NCBI GenBank assembly: GCA_030636025.1
Contig: DAOVXQ010000001.1
Coordinates: forward strand, 24,791-88,790
Reading direction: 5' to 3'
From: an archaeon
GTDB lineage: Archaea; Nanobdellota; Nanobdellia; Pacearchaeales; GW2011-AR1
Length of the DNA stretch: 64,000 nt
This document shows positions 58,298 to 64,000 of this stretch, in pieces. How positions within the stretch are numbered: position 1 is the first letter of the stretch; every line of letters starts with the position of its first letter. Position numbers and translations under genes: made by a program. The notes under the pieces were generated by a model. The model saw only the letters and a list, made by a program, of their open reading frames with translations, did not search any database and was not told the origin of the DNA.

Positions 58298-59344
58298 ATG
58301 TTAAACGAAAAACTTTTTAGAAACATAATCTTGATTGTATTAATTACCGGACTATTTATATTAGCCGCATTAATTATAAGACCAATAATTATTCCAATAA
58401 TTTTCGGCATATTATTAACATATATTTTTTATTCTTCTTATGAATTTGTATTAAGCAAAATCAAAAACGAAAGTCTGTCTGCATTAGCAGTTTGCATTGC
58501 TCTTTTGTTAATTATATTAATCCCTCTGATTTTAATTTTTAAAGCATTAGTAAATCAAGCAATTGCACTTTATCTTGCAATGCAAAATATAAGTTTAGCC
58601 ACAATCTTTGAAGGAATCCTCCCAACCTTTTTATCTCAATCAGAAATGTCTGCAACTTTTTCAAACTCTTTAAATAATCTCATAACACAAATTCTTACAT
58701 CCGGCATCCAGAGTTTCACTAATTTTATTCTCAATCTTCCTGTAAATTTACTTAAATTATTTGTTGTTATATTTGTCTTTTTCTTTGGTTTAAGAGATGG
58801 AAAAAAAGTCTTACTTTATCTTCGGTCATTATCTCCATTAAGTAGTGGTACTGAAAAACAATTTTCCAAACAATTCAAAGATGTAACTTATTCTGTTTTA
58901 GTTGGGCAAATTATAATCGGGCTTATTCAAGGAGTTGTCGCAGGAATCGGATATTTTATTTTCGGAGTTCCAAATGCACTTCTTTTAGCATTATTAACTG
59001 CCTTAGTTGGTGTAATCCCGTTAATTGGTCCGTGGTTGGTCTGGGTTCCAATAGATGCATACTTATTTGCAACAGGCAAAACAGGGCCAGGAATTGGGCT
59101 ATTAATTTACGGACTAATTGTGATTTCATGGTTAGATACAATAATCCGCCCTTTAATCGTATCCAAAAAAACAAAAATAAACTCTGCAATTGTGATTATT
59201 GGAATGATTGGAGGATTATTTGTCTTCGGAGTTTTAGGACTTATAATCGGTCCCTTAGTTTTAGCCTATATTCTTTTAATACTCGAAATCTATAGAAAAA
59301 GCAAAACAACAAAGAACATTCTTTTTGAACCAGTAAAAAAATAA
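58298..59344 (+). CDS. AI-2E (PerM) family transporter
   Basis: FFFGLRDG, IPLIG..LVWVP, D.IIRP, GG...FG..G.IIGP. Confidence 0.9.
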   Translation: MLNEKLFRNIILIVLITGLFILAALIIRPIIIPIIFGILLTYIFYSSYEFVLSKIKNESLSALAVCIALLLIILIPLILIFKALVNQAIALYLAMQNISLATIFEGILPTFLSQSEMSATFSNSLNNLITQILTSGIQSFTNFILNLPVNLLKLFVVIFVFFFGLRDGKKVLLYLRSLSPLSSGTEKQFSKQFKDVTYSVLVGQIIIGLIQGVVAGIGYFIFGVPNALLLALLTALVGVIPLIGPWLVWVPIDAYLFATGKTGPGIGLLIYGLIVISWLDTIIRPLIVSKKTKINSAIVIIGMIGGLFVFGVLGLIIGPLVLAYILLILEIYRKSKTTKNILFEPVKK

Positions 59345-59345
59345 A

Positions 59346-60818
59346 ATGAGGTTAAAAGTAAAAATATTAAAATTTTTAGCAGGAAAACCGATATGCATAA
59401 TTCATGAAAAAACCGCAAAAAAAATGAGTTTGCATGTTAATAATAGAATTTCTATTAAGATAGGCCATAAGAATTTAATCTCTGCCATTGACACTGCAGA
59501 AGGGATATTAAACCCAAATGAAATCGCTGTTTCTAATGAAATTGTAAAACACTTAAAATTAAAAAAAGGAAACAAAGTAAATGTTCAAATTGCCTCCCCG
59601 CCAAAAAGTGCAGGGTTTATTAAAAAGAAATTAAATGGAGAACCATTAGAAAAAAAAGAAATTAACGAAATAATCAAAGATATAGCAAACAATCATTTAA
59701 CAGAAATTGAAATAGCATTTTTTATCTCAGGAGTTTATAATTTTGGGATGTCTTTAAATGAAACGAAAAATATGATTCAGGCAATGGTTAAAACAGGAAA
59801 GGTGATTAAGCTAAAAGGTAAAATTGTTGATAAGCATTGTATTGGGGGAATTGCAGGCAACCGGACAACGCCCCTAGTGGTTTCTATTTGCGCTGCTGCA
59901 GGATTAAAAATGCCAAAAACTTCTTCAAGAGCAATAACAAGTGCTGCTGGAACAGCAGATGTTATCGAAACTCTGGCAAATGTTAATTTTCCAATTAAAA
60001 AAATAAAAAAAATAATCAATAAAACAAATGCCTGCATGGTTTGGGGCGGGGCATTAGGATTAGCCCCAACAGACTCAAAAATAATAAAAATAGAAAGAAG
60101 AATCCACATAGATTCAAGTGCTTTAATGTTGTCGAGCATTATCTCAAAAAAACTTTCAGTCGGGAGCAAATATGTTTTAATTGATATTCCTTATGGAAAA
60201 TCTGCAAAGGTGTCCAAAAAACAAGCAGAAATTTTAAAAGAGAAATTTATCAAACTTTCTAAAAAATTTGATTTAAAATTAAAAGTAGTTTTAACAGACG
60301 GAAAAGGACCAATTGGAAATGGAATCGGCCCTGTTTTAGAAATGAATGATGTTTTATCTGTCCTTAAAAGAGAAAATCCCCCAATGGATTTAGAAGAAAA
60401 ATCAATCATGCTTGCAGGAAACTTATTGGAAATGGCAAAGAAAACAAAAAAAGGACAAGGAGAAAAATTAGCAAAACAAATTTTAGATTCAGGAAAGGCA
60501 CTCAAAAAATTTCAACAAATAATTAAAGCCCAGCAGGGAAAAATTAAAAAACTAAAACTCGGAAAATTTTCTCATACAATTTATGCAAAAAGAAAAACTA
60601 AAATAAAACATTTAGATAATAAACTAATAAATTATCTCGCAAGATTTACAGGTTGCCCCGAGGATAAATCCGCAGGAATTTATCTTTATAAAAAAGCAGG
60701 AGATACTGCAGAAAAGAGAGAGAAGATTATGACAATTTATGCACAATCAAAAGAAAAACTAAAAAATGCAGAAAAATTTTATAATAAAAATAAAAAAGAG
60801 ATGATTGTGGTTGGGTAA
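59346..60818 (+). CDS. deoA: AMP phosphorylase (thymidine phosphorylase family with N-terminal extension)
   Basis: DKHCIGGIAGNRTT, PKTSSRAITSAAGTAD, WGG..LAP.D, PIGNGIGP.LE; N-terminal extra domain typical of AMP phosphorylases. Confidence 0.88.
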   Translation: MRLKVKILKFLAGKPICIIHEKTAKKMSLHVNNRISIKIGHKNLISAIDTAEGILNPNEIAVSNEIVKHLKLKKGNKVNVQIASPPKSAGFIKKKLNGEPLEKKEINEIIKDIANNHLTEIEIAFFISGVYNFGMSLNETKNMIQAMVKTGKVIKLKGKIVDKHCIGGIAGNRTTPLVVSICAAAGLKMPKTSSRAITSAAGTADVIETLANVNFPIKKIKKIINKTNACMVWGGALGLAPTDSKIIKIERRIHIDSSALMLSSIISKKLSVGSKYVLIDIPYGKSAKVSKKQAEILKEKFIKLSKKFDLKLKVVLTDGKGPIGNGIGPVLEMNDVLSVLKRENPPMDLEEKSIMLAGNLLEMAKKTKKGQGEKLAKQILDSGKALKKFQQIIKAQQGKIKKLKLGKFSHTIYAKRKTKIKHLDNKLINYLARFTGCPEDKSAGIYLYKKAGDTAEKREKIMTIYAQSKEKLKNAEKFYNKNKKEMIVVG

Positions 60819-60908
60819 ATTTTCCCAAACCTTAAATAAAAAACCCCACAAAATTTTTCCCTTAAACCTTATCAAAATGTTTTTATATACCCAATCCTAA
60901 TTTTAAAT

Positions 60909-62267
60909 ATGGAAAAAAAGAAAAGAGGAGAGAGAACTAGCAAAAACACAGAAGGACCAATTTCTCCAATACATCCAAAACATTTTTATGATAAAATTCA
61001 TATCTTAGTAAAGAACAAACTCTGGTTGCAAGTTTTCATTGCATTAGTTTTAGGTATTTTCATTGGTTTTTTAATCGGCCCAACCTTTGGTTTTTTAGAT
61101 ATTGAAACTTCTAAATTAATCGGGGAATGGGCATCACTGCCAGGGATTATATTTTTAAAAGTAATACAAATGGTTGTCGTCCCCCTGATATTTGTATCAA
61201 TAATTATCGGGATAACTGGCGCAAAAAATTTAAGACAACTCAAACGAATGGGTTTAACCCTCGCTGTTTATTTCATATTCACAACAATCATCGCAGTAAT
61301 AATCGCAATCTTGCTTGCTTCAATAATCCAGCCAGGAAATTATATTTCTAAAGAATCAATTAATTTAGCCAATAACGGAAACACATCTGTTTCACAAATT
61401 AATTCTTTCTCAATTCCAGATTTTTCAGAGATTCCCTCTTTTGTAGAAGCAATTTTCCCAACGAATTTATTTGGCTCAATCGTCCATGGCGAATTACTTG
61501 CAATAGTTTTTTTTGCAATAATTTTTGGAATCGCTTTAATTTGTATTAATGCAAAAAAATCAAGGCCCCTAATTTCTTTATTTAGTTCTGTTCAAAGTAT
61601 CTGCATGACTGTAATAAAATGGGCAATGTTGTTAGCCCCTATCGCTGTTTTCGGAATGATGATAAAACTAACAACTGATTTTGGCCTGTCAACATTATTG
61701 GGCTTAGGCACCTATGTTTTAACAGTTTTAGCAGGTTTATTAATTTTAATAATTTTTTATTTTATTATAGTTTTTATTTTCGCAAAAAAAACTCCCTTTG
61801 AATTTTTCAGGCAAATAAGAGATGCTCAGTTACTGGCCTTTTCAACCTCAAGTTCTGCAGCAGTAATGCCTCTGTCTATGAAAGTTTCTGAAGAAAAATT
61901 AAAAGTAAGACCTGCCGTAGCACAATTTGTTATTCCAACAGGCGCGGTTATCAACATGGACGGAACAGCACTCTATCAGGTAATTGCAACAATGTTTTTG
62001 GCACAAGTATTTGGAATCCCCCTCGGGATAACTGCCTTATTAATTTTAGTTGTTACTGTTGTCGGAGCATCTATCGGAACCCCTTCAACACCAGGAGCAG
62101 GAATCGCAATCCTAGCAATGATTTTAACAGGATTAGGAATCCCATTAACAGGAATCGCCCTCATCCTCGGTGTTGACAGAATCCTTGATATGAGCAGAAC
62201 AACAATTAATGTAACAGGAGATTTAACAGCCAGTGTATTTATTGATAAAGTTGTAAAAGAAGTTTGA
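60909..62267 (+). CDS. Dicarboxylate/amino acid:cation symporter (DAACS, GltPh-like)
   Basis: FSTSSSAA.MP, NMDGT, D.ILDM.RT..NV.GD. Confidence 0.93.
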   Translation: MEKKKRGERTSKNTEGPISPIHPKHFYDKIHILVKNKLWLQVFIALVLGIFIGFLIGPTFGFLDIETSKLIGEWASLPGIIFLKVIQMVVVPLIFVSIIIGITGAKNLRQLKRMGLTLAVYFIFTTIIAVIIAILLASIIQPGNYISKESINLANNGNTSVSQINSFSIPDFSEIPSFVEAIFPTNLFGSIVHGELLAIVFFAIIFGIALICINAKKSRPLISLFSSVQSICMTVIKWAMLLAPIAVFGMMIKLTTDFGLSTLLGLGTYVLTVLAGLLILIIFYFIIVFIFAKKTPFEFFRQIRDAQLLAFSTSSSAAVMPLSMKVSEEKLKVRPAVAQFVIPTGAVINMDGTALYQVIATMFLAQVFGIPLGITALLILVVTVVGASIGTPSTPGAGIAILAMILTGLGIPLTGIALILGVDRILDMSRTTINVTGDLTASVFIDKVVKEV

Positions 62268-62315
62268 TAGAGTTTTTTAGATGTAGATTATATTTTCCAA
62301 TAAGAATTTTTTCAT

Positions 62316-63998
62316 TTACCGATTCTTCTCAGCCCGAGGGTGTTCATACCCTAATCCTCTTCTTACTCTTAATTGTTTAATATGCTTCTTTTTTTCTTTT
62401 AAGAATTTATCTATATCCAATTTATATTCGTCAATCATTCTTGAAGCATGACTCCCCCCTAAAAAATGAGGCATGATAACATAAGTCGCTCCCTTTTCAT
62501 ACAAAACATTCGCCTCCTCAATATTATGTGAAATAACTATAATAATCGCCTCTTTATTTATTTGTTTAACTTTATTAATCAATAATAAATTTGTTTCAAA
62601 CTCTGGAATTGTTGAAACAATCATTTTTGTTTTAATTAAATTTAATTCACTTAAAAATTCTTCATCATCTACATCCCCATATCTACAGTCAATTTTTTTC
62701 TTAGATAATTCAAACATTGTTTCAGGATTATAATCCACAACCAAAAATTTCTTTTTTAATTTTTTAAATGATTCTAAAAGGTCATAGCCAATTCGGTTAT
62801 ACCCAAATAAAACAATATCATAATCCTTGAACTCCTGCTCGCCTTCCCGAACTTTTTTTCTTTCAAATATAGAAAGATATTTAGATAAATAAGGATAAAT
62901 TTTATTAGAGTATAAAATTAAATATGTCGAGCCAGAAATAGTTATTATCCCGACAATTGTAACAAGTGACAATATTTCATTAGTTAGATGTCCTGCACTA
63001 ACACCTAATGCTATAAGAATTAAAGAAAATTCACTTATCTGAGCCACTGTAAGCCCGGCCTGGAATCCGGTTTTTTTCTTATATCCAAGCAAACCCATTA
63101 AAATCATAACAATTAAAGGATTCCCAATAAGGATAAACAAAGAGAAAATTATCGCCGGGACAATTAAATCATTTATGTTTCCAAAAACCATTTGAGAGCC
63201 AAGGAGTATAAAAAATAAAATAATAAAGAAGTCTCTTAAGGGTCTCATTTTTGAGCTGATTTCATAATGGAAAGGAGACATGGAAAGTGCAATACCTGCA
63301 ACTAAAGCACCGATTTCCATTGAAAAGCCCATATAATGGAATAATGCTGCCAGACCCAACCCCCACCCAATTGAAAACAAAAATAGGAATTCCTGTGATT
63401 TGGCAAAGAAGTTTGATAAACTCGGCAGAACATAAATACTAATTAAAACAAATCCCCCGATTAATAAAACTCCGCTCAAAATATTTCCAAGAGATAAACT
63501 GTCCATACTTAAGTTGCCTGAAAAAGAAGAAATCACCATCAGGAGAATTATCACAAAAATATCCTGCACCAATAAAAAACCAATTGAAATTTTCCCGTAT
63601 AATTTTTCTAAATCTTTTTTATCAGACAACAGCTTCATAATTATAATCGTGCTACTGAATGTTAAGGCGATTGCAATATAAAACGAAACAATTACTGAAA
63701 ATCCTAATAGTCTGCTTATCAAAAAACCAAACAAAGATGTAAAAACAATTTGGCCAATTCCAGTTATCAGGGAAACCTTTCCAACTTCTTTTATAACTTT
63801 TGGGCTTAAACTTAGACCAACAATAAAAAGAAGCAATGCCACACCGATTTGAGAAAAAACTTTCAGTGTCTCAGTTGATTGCACAATATTCAAAAAATAA
63901 GGGCTGACAATTATTCCAGTAAGAATATAACCAATTATCAAAGGTTGCTTCAACAACCGCGTTATTCCTGCAATCAAAACAGTTATCGCAATGATTAT
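62316..63998 (-). CDS. Cation:proton antiporter (CPA2/Kef-like) with a TrkA-N domain, 5'-truncated by the window edge
   Basis: SSTIII.K.L, LLVQD, LRDFF, AQISEFS, GYNRIG, YGD; frame is open to the window end. Confidence 0.9.
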   Translation of the reverse strand: MIIAITVLIAGITRLLKQPLIIGYILTGIIVSPYFLNIVQSTETLKVFSQIGVALLLFIVGLSLSPKVIKEVGKVSLITGIGQIVFTSLFGFLISRLLGFSVIVSFYIAIALTFSSTIIIMKLLSDKKDLEKLYGKISIGFLLVQDIFVIILLMVISSFSGNLSMDSLSLGNILSGVLLIGGFVLISIYVLPSLSNFFAKSQEFLFLFSIGWGLGLAALFHYMGFSMEIGALVAGIALSMSPFHYEISSKMRPLRDFFIILFFILLGSQMVFGNINDLIVPAIIFSLFILIGNPLIVMILMGLLGYKKKTGFQAGLTVAQISEFSLILIALGVSAGHLTNEILSLVTIVGIITISGSTYLILYSNKIYPYLSKYLSIFERKKVREGEQEFKDYDIVLFGYNRIGYDLLESFKKLKKKFLVVDYNPETMFELSKKKIDCRYGDVDDEEFLSELNLIKTKMIVSTIPEFETNLLLINKVKQINKEAIIIVISHNIEEANVLYEKGATYVIMPHFLGGSHASRMIDEYKLDIDKFLKEKKKHIKQLRVRRGLGYEHPRAEKNR

Positions 63999-64000
63999 AC

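Noticed and set aside
403..62164. Numerous 60-130 aa ORFs antisense to or nested in larger genes
   Set aside because: Shadow frames of confidently identified genes, with no motifs or start signals.
1..64000. tRNA or rRNA genes
   Set aside because: Intergenic gaps are short and AT-rich; no GC-rich cloverleaf or rRNA-like segment was seen by eye.

Overview
Very AT-rich archaeal DNA. Evidence: eL19, eL32, eS4, archaeal uL/uS proteins, AglB, prefoldin alpha and TATA-box promoters. Compact genes plus AMP phosphorylase and ribose-1,5-bisphosphate isomerase suggest a DPANN (Pacearchaeota/Woesearchaeota-like) genome; this is an inference. Bases 1 to about 39.7 kb form one large surface-glycan/N-glycosylation locus ending in aglH-like and aglB. 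It carries five radical SAM enzymes (two B12-binding), two miniature TPP E1alpha/E1beta pairs each followed by a NUDIX gene, a YerE-like TPP enzyme near rfbH/ddhC, an NTP-transferase::phosphomutase fusion, three alkaline-phosphatase-superfamily domains, two DUF6165-like paralogs, a GT9 and several GT2/GT4/GT-C enzymes. Bases 42.5-57.4 kb hold the S10-spc ribosomal protein operon with secY. It is interrupted at three gene junctions by promoterless, translationally coupled orphan genes, two of which share N- and C-terminal motifs, and at one junction by a 74-bp palindromic insert flanked by a 7-bp direct repeat. The right end encodes transporters and AMP phosphorylase. No rRNA, tRNA, CRISPR array or transposase was seen. 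All calls come from motif reading only; no database searches were run.
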